This document shows, one piece after another, positions 1 to 8,701 of a DNA stretch of 64,000 nucleotides. The notes under the pieces are model-generated. The model ran no database searches. It was not told the DNA's origin and was given only the letters and a program-made list of their open reading frames with translations. Numbering within the stretch: position 1 is the first letter of the stretch; each line of letters begins with the position of its first letter. Source of the DNA: an uncultured Phycisphaerae bacterium (GTDB lineage Bacteria; Planctomycetota; Phycisphaerae; UBA1845; Fen-1342). A program made the translations under genes and the position numbers. The stretch is from the NCBI GenBank assembly GCA_937928595.1, contig CALGJV010000017.1:64744-128743 (forward strand), written 5' to 3'.

Positions 1-2
1 CG

Positions 3-1907
3 GTGCTCAACCGGCATTTCATCAACATCAAGGTGGACCGGGAGGAGCGTCCCGACCTGGACGAGATCTACATGCAGGCCACGCTGGTCCTGAACCAGGG
101 GCAGGGCGGCTGGCCGATGAGCGTGTGGCTGACGCCGGAGGGCCGGCCGTTCTTCGCGGGCACCTACTTCCCGCCGACGTCGCGCTGGGGACGCCCCGGC
201 TTCCGCGAGATCTGCGAGCGGATCGCGGAGGCCTGGCAGACGGACCGAGCGCGGCTCGAATCCGGCGCGCAGCAGCTCACGGAAATCGTGCGGGCCGGCC
301 TGACCGCAGCGCCGGCCGAAGAAGCCCGGCTCGACCGGGCGACGGTCGACGCGGCCGCAGCAGCCCTGGCGGCGGCGTTCGACCGGGAACGGGGCGGCCT
401 GCTGAGCGGCGGAACGAACAAGTTCCCGCCGAGCATGGCGCTGGAGGTGCTCTTGCGCGCGGCGCTGCGGCAGCCGGCGGGCGATCCGCGGCGGCAACAA
501 TACGTGGATCTCGTGCATGTGACGCTGCGGAACATGGCCAAGGGGGGGATCTTCGACCAGCTGGGCGGGGGTTTTCACCGGTACAGCACGGATCCCGACT
601 GGCACGTGCCGCACTTCGAGAAGATGCTCTACGACCAGGCATTGGTCAGCCGCGCATACCTTGACGCGTGGCAGGCGACGGGCGAGCCGCTTTACCGGCG
701 GGTTGCCTGCGAGACCCTGCACTATGTGCTGGCGGACCTGCAGGCCCCGGAGGGCGGTTTCTACAGCGCACGCGACGCCGACAGCGAAGGCGAGGAGGGG
801 AAGTACTACGTCTGGACGCGGGCGGAGATCCTGGACGTGCTGGGGGCGGAAGACGGCGAGTTGTTGTGCGGCTATTACGACGTCCGCGCGTCGGGGAACT
901 GGGAGGACCCGCATGCGCCGGGAGCGGCCAAGAACGTGCTGCGTGTGCGGCGCGAGGTGCGCTGCGTGTCACGGATGTGCTGCGTGCCGGAGACGGAGTG
1001 CGAGGAGCGTCTGGCGGCGGCCCGCGCGAAGCTGCTGGCCGCCCGGGCGCGCCGCGTACCGCCGACGCTCGACGACAAGGTGCTGGTGGAGTGGAACGGA
1101 CTCATGATCGCCGGCCTGGCGCGCGGCGGCGCGGTGCTCGACGAGCCCCGGCACATCACGGCCGCCGAGCGGGCCGCGACCTTCCTGTTGTCGGAGCTGT
1201 GGCGCGGGGGACGGCTGCGGCGCTCATGGTGCCGCGGGCGCACGACGCCGGTCGCGTTCCTCACGGACTACGCGGCGCTGACGGAGGGGCTGATCGAGCT
1301 GTTCGAGGTGACGGGGCAGCGGCGCTGGCTGGACCGGGCGGCCGAGCTGACGCGCACGGCGCTGGAACTGTTCTGGGACCCGGAGCAGGGCGGGTTCTTC
1401 CTGACCGCATGGGATCACGAGCCGTTGATCGCCCGCAGCAAGGATCTGCGCGACAGCGCCGTGCCGTCAGGCAACTCGCTGATGCTGATGAACCTGCTGC
1501 GGCTGGCGGCCCTTCTCGGGGAGCCCGAGTTCCGCCGGCGTGCGGACCAGATGCTGCGGGGGCTGGCGGGCGAAGTCGCGGCGACGCCGCTGGCGTCGGA
1601 GCGCTTTCTGGCAGGCGTCGAGTTCGCGACCGAGCCGCCGCTGGAGATCGTGTTGGTGGGGGATCCGGAGTCGGCTGATCTCCGGGCGTTGCGCCGGGCG
1701 GCCTACAGCGTTTATTTGCCGAACCGAGTGATCGTCACGGGCCGGCCCGACGCACCCGACGCCGTGCCGCTGCTGCGGGGGCGGCAGCGCATGGGCGGCC
1801 AGCCGGCGGCGTACCTGTGCGTGGGGGGCAGTTGTCAGCGGCCGATCCTGTCGCCAGAAGGGTTACGGCGCGAGCTGGCGGCGGTGGGGATGGCGCCCGC
1901 GACGTAG
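3..1907 (+). CDS. Thioredoxin-domain protein, YyaL/DUF255 family (N-terminus cut by window edge)
   Basis: The N-terminal sequence INIKVDREERPDLDEIYM...GGWPMSVWLTPEGRPFFAGTYFPP is the typical DUF255 thioredoxin-like module. A long alpha/alpha (GlcNAc-2-epimerase-like) region follows. The single long ORF has a GC3-rich frame. Confidence 0.85.
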   Translation: MLNRHFINIKVDREERPDLDEIYMQATLVLNQGQGGWPMSVWLTPEGRPFFAGTYFPPTSRWGRPGFREICERIAEAWQTDRARLESGAQQLTEIVRAGLTAAPAEEARLDRATVDAAAAALAAAFDRERGGLLSGGTNKFPPSMALEVLLRAALRQPAGDPRRQQYVDLVHVTLRNMAKGGIFDQLGGGFHRYSTDPDWHVPHFEKMLYDQALVSRAYLDAWQATGEPLYRRVACETLHYVLADLQAPEGGFYSARDADSEGEEGKYYVWTRAEILDVLGAEDGELLCGYYDVRASGNWEDPHAPGAAKNVLRVRREVRCVSRMCCVPETECEERLAAARAKLLAARARRVPPTLDDKVLVEWNGLMIAGLARGGAVLDEPRHITAAERAATFLLSELWRGGRLRRSWCRGRTTPVAFLTDYAALTEGLIELFEVTGQRRWLDRAAELTRTALELFWDPEQGGFFLTAWDHEPLIARSKDLRDSAVPSGNSLMLMNLLRLAALLGEPEFRRRADQMLRGLAGEVAATPLASERFLAGVEFATEPPLEIVLVGDPESADLRALRRAAYSVYLPNRVIVTGRPDAPDAVPLLRGRQRMGGQPAAYLCVGGSCQRPILSPEGLRRELAAVGMAPAT

Positions 1908-2008
1908 CGGGGCGGGCGTCCGAAAGGGCAGTGCGGGGCATCCTCAAGCCCTCCGTCGATTCGTCCCTCAACCCCTTTCCGCGAACTTGCGCGTTCCTCG
2001 GCTCGCAC

Positions 2009-2788
2009 TTACGTCGGCTCCGTCAGCCGCATCAGCAGCTCCACGCTCGTCAGCAGGTCCAGCCGGTTGTGCTCGAGAACCGGCCCCAGCGGGCCGGCCG
2101 CGCCCGTTCGAACGAAGTGATGGAAAAGGTCGGGCACTTCGCTGCTCGGCACGTCGCCGACCCGCGTGCGACCGAGGACATGCCGTTCCAGCGTGACCAG
2201 CCGGCAGTTCGGCAAGCTTTCGCGCCAGCGTCGCCGGGCCGCCGGGAGCAGGTCCAGGTGGCGCGTCGGTCGGGTCAGCGGTACCCGGTGTACGGTCGCC
2301 CGGTCCCGCAGGAACGGCTCGTCGAACGCCCGCCCGTTGAACGTGATCCACGTGTCGCGGTCGGCCAGCAGTGCGGCCAGCTCGCGCAGCAGCGGTCCTT
2401 CCTCCGAGTAGTCGCGGGCCAGCAGCTGAATGACGCGCAGCGGCGGCCGGTCCGGCAGCACGACGCCCGCGAGGAACACCGGCGTGCCCGAGAAACCGCC
2501 GGTCTCGATGTCGAGCACGACAGCGCGAGCCGGATCCACGACGAGCGGCGGCCGCGTGTGCGGCACGCGCCGGAGTCCGGGCACAACTATGGCGCCAGCG
2601 GCCGCTGCTGCGCCGCCGAGCCGGTCGAAGTCCGTCTCGACGAGCCAGCAGGCGCCGCGCGCACCGCCGACCTCTCTCCCGCCGAGCACCTCGGCCAAGG
2701 TCTTCGCGCGGTGCGCCGGCGCGGCCACGGCCGGGCGATTCCGCCTGGTAATCCGCAGTTCGTCGAGGCGGTCGCGGTAGGATTTCAT
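2009..2788 (-). CDS. RNase H-like (YprB-type) predicted 3'-5' exonuclease domain protein
   Basis: VVLDIETGGF...ITFNGRAFDEPFL...LDLLP matches the DEDD-like RNase_H_2/YprB pattern. I chose the ATG at 2788 (MKSYRDRL), which overlaps the thiE stop as ATGA. Confidence 0.6.
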   Translation of the reverse strand: MKSYRDRLDELRITRRNRPAVAAPAHRAKTLAEVLGGREVGGARGACWLVETDFDRLGGAAAAAGAIVVPGLRRVPHTRPPLVVDPARAVVLDIETGGFSGTPVFLAGVVLPDRPPLRVIQLLARDYSEEGPLLRELAALLADRDTWITFNGRAFDEPFLRDRATVHRVPLTRPTRHLDLLPAARRRWRESLPNCRLVTLERHVLGRTRVGDVPSSEVPDLFHHFVRTGAAGPLGPVLEHNRLDLLTSVELLMRLTEPT

Positions 2789-3873
2789 GGGGACGCCTCG
2801 GCGTCGGCCCGCGGGCGCTGGGCCCACGCAGCGTCAATGGCCTGCCGGAAAGCACGGGCGGCCGCCTCCGGGTCGGCGACGCCGATGATCGCGCTGCATA
2901 CCGCGATCACGTCGGCCCCGGCCGCGATGACGACGCCCGCGTTCTCCGGCGTCATGCCGCCGATCGCGACCAGCGGCAGGGACGTCCGCGGCCGCACGGC
3001 GGCCAGCGTTCCCGGCCCGGCGATGTGGGGCTGCGGCTTGGTGGGGCTGTCGAACAGGGGGCCGACGGCGAGGTAGTCCGGCCGTTCCGCCGCCGCGGCG
3101 TCGAACTGCGCGGGCGTGTGTGTGCTCTTGCCCACCAGGATCGCGGCCCCGGCGATATGCCGCGCCTCGACGACGGCAAGGTCCGTCTGCCCGACATGCA
3201 GCACGTCGGCGCCGCAGAGTCGCGCGATGTCCGGCCGGTCATTGATCGCCAGCAGCGCCCCGTGAGCCTTGGTCAGTTCGCGCAGTTGCCGGGCGCGGCG
3301 CAGGAGCTCTGCGCCGTCAAGCGCCTTCTCGCGGAGCTGCATGCACTGGGCTCCGCCGCGCAGGGCCGCCTCAGCCGTCGTGAGCCAGGGGCCGTGGCAC
3401 AGCGCCTCCGTCAGCAACACGTAGAGCCGGACCGCGCGGAAACGCTGCCGCAGCGTACCCCGGAGCACGATGCGCTGCTCCAGTTCGTAAGCGGCATAGC
3501 GAAGCTGCTCCGCCGCCTGGGCCGCCGCGGGCGCCAGAATTTTCCCGTATTCCGCGAGACCGCGGGCAGCCTCGGTGAGGCGGCCGAAGGCGGCCCGCAC
3601 GACGGATTCGAGATCGTCGCGTTGGAGCTCGGCCGGCGTGCGGCTGTCCCGCCCGACGTCGCTCAGAATGTCGCGCGCGGCGAGCAGGGCGTCGGCCCCG
3701 CAGATTTCCACGATGCGGCGCAGGTCATGACGGCCGGCTTTGGCGGCCGCGGCCGCGTCGGCGTCGTCGCGGACGAAACGGGCGTAATCCTCGACGACCC
3801 GCAGGGCCTCGCGGGCCCGGTTGAGATTCACGTCGAGGATTCGCAGTACGTCGCCGTGCACGGGCAACTCCAC
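2785..3873 (-). CDS. thiE: Thiamine-phosphate synthase with about 150-aa N-terminal helical extension
   Basis: The C-terminal 210 aa (LYVLLTE...MQLREK...AINDRPDIA...HVGQTD...VGKSTH...YLAVGPLF.SPTK...VAIGGM) is canonical ThiE. I do not recognise the N-terminal part. Confidence 0.85.
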   Translation of the reverse strand: MELPVHGDVLRILDVNLNRAREALRVVEDYARFVRDDADAAAAAKAGRHDLRRIVEICGADALLAARDILSDVGRDSRTPAELQRDDLESVVRAAFGRLTEAARGLAEYGKILAPAAAQAAEQLRYAAYELEQRIVLRGTLRQRFRAVRLYVLLTEALCHGPWLTTAEAALRGGAQCMQLREKALDGAELLRRARQLRELTKAHGALLAINDRPDIARLCGADVLHVGQTDLAVVEARHIAGAAILVGKSTHTPAQFDAAAAERPDYLAVGPLFDSPTKPQPHIAGPGTLAAVRPRTSLPLVAIGGMTPENAGVVIAAGADVIAVCSAIIGVADPEAAARAFRQAIDAAWAQRPRADAEASP

Positions 3874-3891
3874 TGGGCGTCGGACGACGGG

Positions 3892-4377
3892 TCAGGCCGG
3901 CGCGGGGTCGGTCATCAGGATGCGCAGGACGTGCGACCCGCCGACCGCGACCGGGAAGGCACTGATCAGCAGGATCCAGCGGCCCAGCGTCCGGCCGAGC
4001 GTGGCGTTTCGGCGGCCGACGACTTCGCAAATGAGCACCACCAGCACCACGAGGCAGAACTTGAACAGGACCAGACCCGGCAGGTTGAACTGCTGGATGA
4101 TCCAGTCCGCAAGCACGTTCTGTTCCCGGCCGCCGGCGTGCAGGACCACCCAGGTGAACATGATGTCGAGCGACGAGAGGAAAACGTACCAGGTGTAGAC
4201 GGTGGGGTAAGTCGCGGCCTGGAGCAGCAGCGAGCGACCGGCCGGCGCAGAGGCTGCCGCCGCCGAGAGCTCGGCAGCCCGTGGCGGCGGGGGCGCGGAC
4301 GCCGGTTCGGCGGCGTCGGACGGAGACGCGCCGGGCGGATCCCAACGGGCCTCCGGATTCCGCCACTGGTCCGCCAC
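3892..4377 (-). CDS. Small polytopic membrane protein (DUF5658-like)
   Basis: A low-complexity Pro/Ala N-terminus is followed by 3-4 hydrophobic helices (TVYTWYVFLSSLDIMFTWVVL..., GLVLFKFCLVVLVVLICEVV, WILLISAFPVAVGG). It lies 18 nt upstream of thiE on the same strand. The family assignment is from memory only. Confidence 0.45.
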   Translation of the reverse strand: MADQWRNPEARWDPPGASPSDAAEPASAPPPPRAAELSAAAASAPAGRSLLLQAATYPTVYTWYVFLSSLDIMFTWVVLHAGGREQNVLADWIIQQFNLPGLVLFKFCLVVLVVLICEVVGRRNATLGRTLGRWILLISAFPVAVGGSHVLRILMTDPAPA

Positions 4378-4583
4378 GTTCCGCTCCGAACTGCTCCGCG
4401 GCTGAAACGCTTTGCCATCCCGACACGGCGGAGGCCGGGCCGACCCGCCGCTATTCTAAACGCTCGGCCACACGCCCGCCGAGAATAGTTTACGCAGCGA
4501 CGGCGGCGGGAACAGTGGGGGCCGGCAATAGGGAGTCGAGACGCCTTGCAGCCGGCGGCGGGATGACGCACGATGCGACCTGA

Positions 4584-4679
4584 GGGAGTGTCCCGGCGCC
4601 TGGTGGGCCGCGCGGCCTTCAAAGCCGTCGAGCCGCTGCACCCGCAGTGGCTGGTGGGTTCGATTCCCATCCACTCCCG
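4584..4679 (+). tRNA. selC: tRNA-Sec (anticodon UCA), no encoded CCA
   Basis: Hand-folded cloverleaf. Acceptor 4584-4590 pairs with 4672-4678. The acceptor plus T stack is 13 bp: 7+6, or 8+5 with one U.C mismatch. The D stem is 4594-4599/4605-4610 (6 bp, one G.G). The anticodon stem is 4612-4616/4624-4628, with loop CUUCAAA and anticodon U4619 C4620 A4621. The extra arm is 8 bp (4632-4639/4644-4651). The T loop is UUCGAUU. It lies inside the spurious 5' extension of ORF 4573..5415. Confidence 0.8.
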
Positions 4680-4725
4680 TTGCACACGGCGGAGGAAGCG
4701 TTTCCTGCGGGCGAAGGGTTCGAGC

Positions 4726-5415
4726 ATGCGGCGGATCGGGCGACGAATCGGATTGGCGGCGGCGGCGGTTTTCGGCGGTGTTCTGGCCGGGTGTGCAAGC
4801 GACGGCGCGGGGCCGGCGCGCGGCCTGACTCGCTGGACGTTCGACGGCCAGCCCCCCGGGGACCTCCCGCGCGGCTGGACGACAAAGGCGACGCACCCCG
4901 GCGACAAGCCAGCGCAGTGGGCGATCGTGCGCGAGCCTGAGGCACCAAGCCCGCCGCACGTGTTTGCGCTGACGCACACCGAGAACCGCGGCCACACGTA
5001 CAACCTCACGGTGGCCGACGGGCCGACGTTCGGCGACCTCGAGCTGTCCGTCCGCGTGAAGGCCGTGAGCGGGCAGGAGGACCAGGGCGGCGGCCCGGTG
5101 TGGCGCTACCAGGATGAGGACAACTACTACATCTGCCGAGTGAACCCGCTCGAGGGCAACTTTCGCGTGTACGTGGTGTCCGCGGGCAAGCGTCGGCAGC
5201 TGGACACCGCCGTCGTCCCGCTGCGGGCGGGGCAATGGTACGAGCTGCGCGTGCGAATGGTGGGCGAGCGCATCACGTGCAGCCTCGACGGCAAGCCGTG
5301 GCTGGAGGCGAGGGACGCGACGATCCCGCAGCCTGGCCGGGTGGGGCTGTGGACCAAGGCCGACGCGGCGAGCGTATTCGACGACCTCGTGGTCGGGCCG
5401 GCAGGGGCGCCGTAG
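4726..5415 (+). CDS. Secreted lipoprotein with concanavalin-A/LamG-like (DUF1080-like) jelly-roll domain
   Basis: Lipobox-type signal MRRIGRRIGLAAAAVFGGVLAGC. The beta-rich body shows the pattern DLELSVRVKA...GGGPVWRYQDEDNYY...VGLWTKADAASVFDDLVV. The start was moved to ATG 4726, downstream of the tRNA. Confidence 0.6.
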   Translation: MRRIGRRIGLAAAAVFGGVLAGCASDGAGPARGLTRWTFDGQPPGDLPRGWTTKATHPGDKPAQWAIVREPEAPSPPHVFALTHTENRGHTYNLTVADGPTFGDLELSVRVKAVSGQEDQGGGPVWRYQDEDNYYICRVNPLEGNFRVYVVSAGKRRQLDTAVVPLRAGQWYELRVRMVGERITCSLDGKPWLEARDATIPQPGRVGLWTKADAASVFDDLVVGPAGAP

Positions 5416-5416
5416 C

Positions 5417-6928
5417 TCAGCCGCGCGCGAGGTCCGCGAGAATCGCGCCCAGGAACCGATACGACTTCTGCACCGAATCGATGTACACGCGCTCGTCCGG
5501 GCTGTGGGCGCCCTTGATGTTGGGGCCCAGCGAGGCCATGTCGAGCCCGCCGACCTGCCGCCCGATGACCCCGCACTCGAGTCCGGCGTGGATCGCGGTC
5601 ACTTTCGCATCGGCGCTGAAAAGCTCCCGGTAGATGCGGCGGCAGGTGTTCAGCAGCGGCGATTTCGTGTCCGGCTGCCAGCCGGGATACGTGTGTCCGA
5701 ACTCCGCGGTGCCGCCGCCGAGCTGCGCGACGGCCGCAAGCTGCTCGCGCGCAGCCGCGAGCCGGGCGACCGAGGAACTGCGCGCGAGGCACCCGACGAC
5801 GAGCAGCCAGCCGTCGGGGTCGTTCGGATGGGGCTGCTGCACGATGGTTGCGACGTTATTGGAGGTCTGCACGAGGCCGGGCAGCTCCGCGTGCATCTCC
5901 ATGACGCCGTGCGGCAGCGCCGTCAGCACGCGCAGGAGGCGCTGCGTGTCGGCCGGTGACAGCGCCGTCGCGGGGCGCTCGCCGGTCCAGGGGGCGATCT
6001 CGATCTGCACGCCGGGCTCGCGGTGCTCGCGGGCAGTGGCAGCCTGTACTTCCGGGGCGGCGCGGGTGAGCTGCCGCAGCAGGCTCTTGCCGCCCACGAC
6101 GACGGCTGACGCCTCCCGCGCGATCGCGTTGCGCTTGCTGCCGCCCTGGATCCGGGCGATGCGCAGGCTGCGGCTGCCCGTGGCGGTCAGCGTCGCGACC
6201 AGCACTTTGTTCGCGTTGGCACGGTTCTCGTGGATGTCCGTCCCGGAATGCCCGCCGCGCAGGCCGCGGACGGCGACGCGGGCGAGTTCCGCCGTCGGCG
6301 GCAGAGGCCGCGGCCGGAGCTCCCATTTGAGCGACGTGTCGCCACCGCCGGCGCAGCCGATGTACAGCACGTCGTCTTCTTCGGAGTCGAGGTTGATGAG
6401 CCGGCGGCCGCGGAACGAATCGGGCGTCAGCCCCTCCGCTCCGCCCATGCCGGCCTCCTCGTCGAGGGTGCAAAGAATCTCGAGCGGCGGGTGGACGACG
6501 GCCGGGTCGGTCGCGGCGGCGAGGGCCATGGCGATACCGATGCCGTTGTCCGCGCCGAGGGTCGTTCCGGCGGCCCGGATGATCGCGGCGCCGGTCTCCG
6601 AGTCCTGGTCGCGGACGAGGCGGATCGGATCGCGGTCGAAGTCGTGCTCCGTGCCGGTGTTCTTCTCGCACACCATGTCGAGGTGGCCTTGAAGAACCGT
6701 GACAGGTGCGTTCTCGCAGCCGGGAGACGCGGGCACGTCGATCACGAGGTTGCCAGCGGCGTCGGTCCGGGATGTGAAGCCGGCTGCGGCGGCCAGTTCG
6801 CGCACGCGGTCACGCACGCGGGCCTCGTGCTTGGACGGACGCGGCACGGCGGCGATTTCGGCAAAATAGTGCCAGACGCGCGCCGGCTCGAGACCGGCCA
6901 CGACGGCGAGATTCTCGGCAGCGGACAT
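5417..6928 (-). CDS. pepD: Aminoacyl-histidine (Xaa-His) dipeptidase, M20C family
   Basis: WHYFAEIAAVPRPSKHE, LQGHLDMVCEKN, GADNGIG, NLDSEEDD and SPDERVYI are PepD signature blocks. The start is at MSAAEN (6928). Confidence 0.85.
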   Translation of the reverse strand: MSAAENLAVVAGLEPARVWHYFAEIAAVPRPSKHEARVRDRVRELAAAAGFTSRTDAAGNLVIDVPASPGCENAPVTVLQGHLDMVCEKNTGTEHDFDRDPIRLVRDQDSETGAAIIRAAGTTLGADNGIGIAMALAAATDPAVVHPPLEILCTLDEEAGMGGAEGLTPDSFRGRRLINLDSEEDDVLYIGCAGGGDTSLKWELRPRPLPPTAELARVAVRGLRGGHSGTDIHENRANANKVLVATLTATGSRSLRIARIQGGSKRNAIAREASAVVVGGKSLLRQLTRAAPEVQAATAREHREPGVQIEIAPWTGERPATALSPADTQRLLRVLTALPHGVMEMHAELPGLVQTSNNVATIVQQPHPNDPDGWLLVVGCLARSSSVARLAAAREQLAAVAQLGGGTAEFGHTYPGWQPDTKSPLLNTCRRIYRELFSADAKVTAIHAGLECGVIGRQVGGLDMASLGPNIKGAHSPDERVYIDSVQKSYRFLGAILADLARG

Positions 6929-7105
6929 GCAGGATCCTCGCGGGTTGTTGCGGGCCGCGGCGCGGCGCCGAGCGGCGATTCTACCGAAAGCCGCCCCGCG
7001 CGGCACGCGGGCCAGCTACCCTTTGGAATCCGAGGACCCGAAGCGACAACGCCCCCCGCGCAGGCGGGAGCGTATCCCTCGAAACGCCGCGTACCAGTCG
7101 GGTCG

Positions 7106-8524
7106 CTATTCCGTGGTGACGAATTCGACGCCCGCTCGCCAGGTATTTCCGCCGCCCGCCCGAACGCGTACGACGCGTCCCTTGCGGAAGAGGGTGCGGC
7201 CGCCGGGCTGGGCCAGTTCGATCACGAGCAGGTCGTTGCGCGAGAGCGGCCACGGCGTCTCGAGCTGGAGGCCGGACGGCGAGATGTCGATCGCCCGCAC
7301 CGTCACCCAGCCCTGTCCGGCGGGTCCGTCGGTCTTGCCCTGGCGAATGAACTGGATGCGCAGCATGAGGTCACAGGACTTGCGGGCGTGGCGGCGGCGT
7401 TCGCTGCCGACAAGCAGGGGGCGGCCGCGATCGGAACCGGTGCCTCGGTCCGGAACGACGGTCGTCTCGGGCAGGAACGTGCGCAGCGTGATCGAGCGAC
7501 CGGCCATGTCGCCGGTGGTTGCCGCCCGTCCCGGGTCCTTGGCGACCATGCCGCGGACGATCTGCGACCAGGCCGCGAACACGTCGCGATCGAAGTGATT
7601 GGGCACGCCTTCGGCCATCATGTCGAGCACCTTGTCCGGGGCGATGGGCCCGCGGTACGGGCGCGTGGCGGAGATGGCGTCGAAAACGTCGGCGACCGTG
7701 CAGATGCGCGCGGCCAGGCTGATTTGAGGATCAAGCAGACCGCGCGGGTAGCCGGTGCCGTCCAGGCGTTCGTGGTGGCAGTACGCCATGTCGACGACGA
7801 CGGCAGGGACTCCGGGCACGGCCCGCAGTTCCTCGGCCCCGGCCTCCGGATGCCGGATGAGAATCTTCCACTCGTCCGGCGTCAGCTTGCCTTCCTTGTT
7901 CAGGATTTCCACGGGGACACCGCGCTTGCCCACGTCGTGCAGCAGGCCGCCGAGAATCAGCGGTGCCTGGGCCACCGGGTCGGTAATACCCAGGGCCCGG
8001 GCGAGCACGCCGCAGTTCGCGCCGACGTTGACCATGTGGGTGGCGGTGTAGTAGTCGTGGCTCGACAGGTCGACGAGGTGTCCGAAGAGCTCCGGATCCT
8101 CGTGCGACCAGCGCGCGAAAGTGCGGCTGATATCCGTGACCGCTTCGAGCATCTCCGGCTGGCCCGGAAACGAGAGTACGTCCTCAATCATTCGCGAGCA
8201 CGCGGCACGCACCATGCGCATGCGTTCGAGACGTCGCTGCTCGGGGTTGTGGTACAGGTGGTCTAGTCGTGACGCGAGTTGGCGGCGGAAGGCCGCATGT
8301 TGCGCCAAGGGCACATAAAGGAACTCGTGCCCCTGCTCGGCCAGCCGTTGGCGGTCCGCGTCGTCGAAGGCCACGCCGGTCGAGCGGTAAAGCACCGGCA
8401 CGTCCATTGTGCCGACCCGGATGTACAGGTCCATCGACAGCGCCGCGGAATCTATGCTGTCCAGCGCGACCGGGAAGAACCTTGCTGTGGTGCTCGCCGC
8501 GCGCTCGGTCGCTACGGCATTCAT
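7106..8524 (-). CDS. HD-GYP domain c-di-GMP phosphodiesterase fused to a C-terminal PilZ domain
   Basis: HD-GYP motifs LLHDVGK and HHERLDGTGYP are present. The C-terminal 100 aa (7109-7408) carries RRHAR (RxxxR) and DISPSG (DxSxxG). Start chosen at MNAVATER (8524). Confidence 0.8.
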   Translation of the reverse strand: MNAVATERAASTTARFFPVALDSIDSAALSMDLYIRVGTMDVPVLYRSTGVAFDDADRQRLAEQGHEFLYVPLAQHAAFRRQLASRLDHLYHNPEQRRLERMRMVRAACSRMIEDVLSFPGQPEMLEAVTDISRTFARWSHEDPELFGHLVDLSSHDYYTATHMVNVGANCGVLARALGITDPVAQAPLILGGLLHDVGKRGVPVEILNKEGKLTPDEWKILIRHPEAGAEELRAVPGVPAVVVDMAYCHHERLDGTGYPRGLLDPQISLAARICTVADVFDAISATRPYRGPIAPDKVLDMMAEGVPNHFDRDVFAAWSQIVRGMVAKDPGRAATTGDMAGRSITLRTFLPETTVVPDRGTGSDRGRPLLVGSERRRHARKSCDLMLRIQFIRQGKTDGPAGQGWVTVRAIDISPSGLQLETPWPLSRNDLLVIELAQPGGRTLFRKGRVVRVRAGGGNTWRAGVEFVTTE

Positions 8525-8701
8525 CGTCCGTCCCCAAAGCCCGTGTCCCCGATGCACACAAGTGCGCCCGCGAACAGAGTCATCGGCTCGGGCGCTACCA
8601 GCGCTGAGTTGCCGAGGCATGGGCAGGGAGAGTCCAGGGTCCGGTGGCGGCGACGCTACGGGGAACGGCCGTGGCCGAGCTGACTGCCCCTGGTGGTCCG
8701 C

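Noticed and set aside
4378-4583. Possible TPP (THI-box) riboswitch upstream of the DUF5658-thiE operon, and an interrupted inverted repeat CTATTCT-aaacg-CTCGGC...GCCGAGAATAG at 4451-4488
   Set aside because: Reading the minus strand, I could not find the conserved CUGAGA / ACCUGAUCUGGAUAAUGCCAGCG-type elements. Once bulges and variable loops are allowed, the inverted repeat is not clearly beyond chance in 64 kb. It may belong to the divergent promoter region, but I cannot support a specific call.
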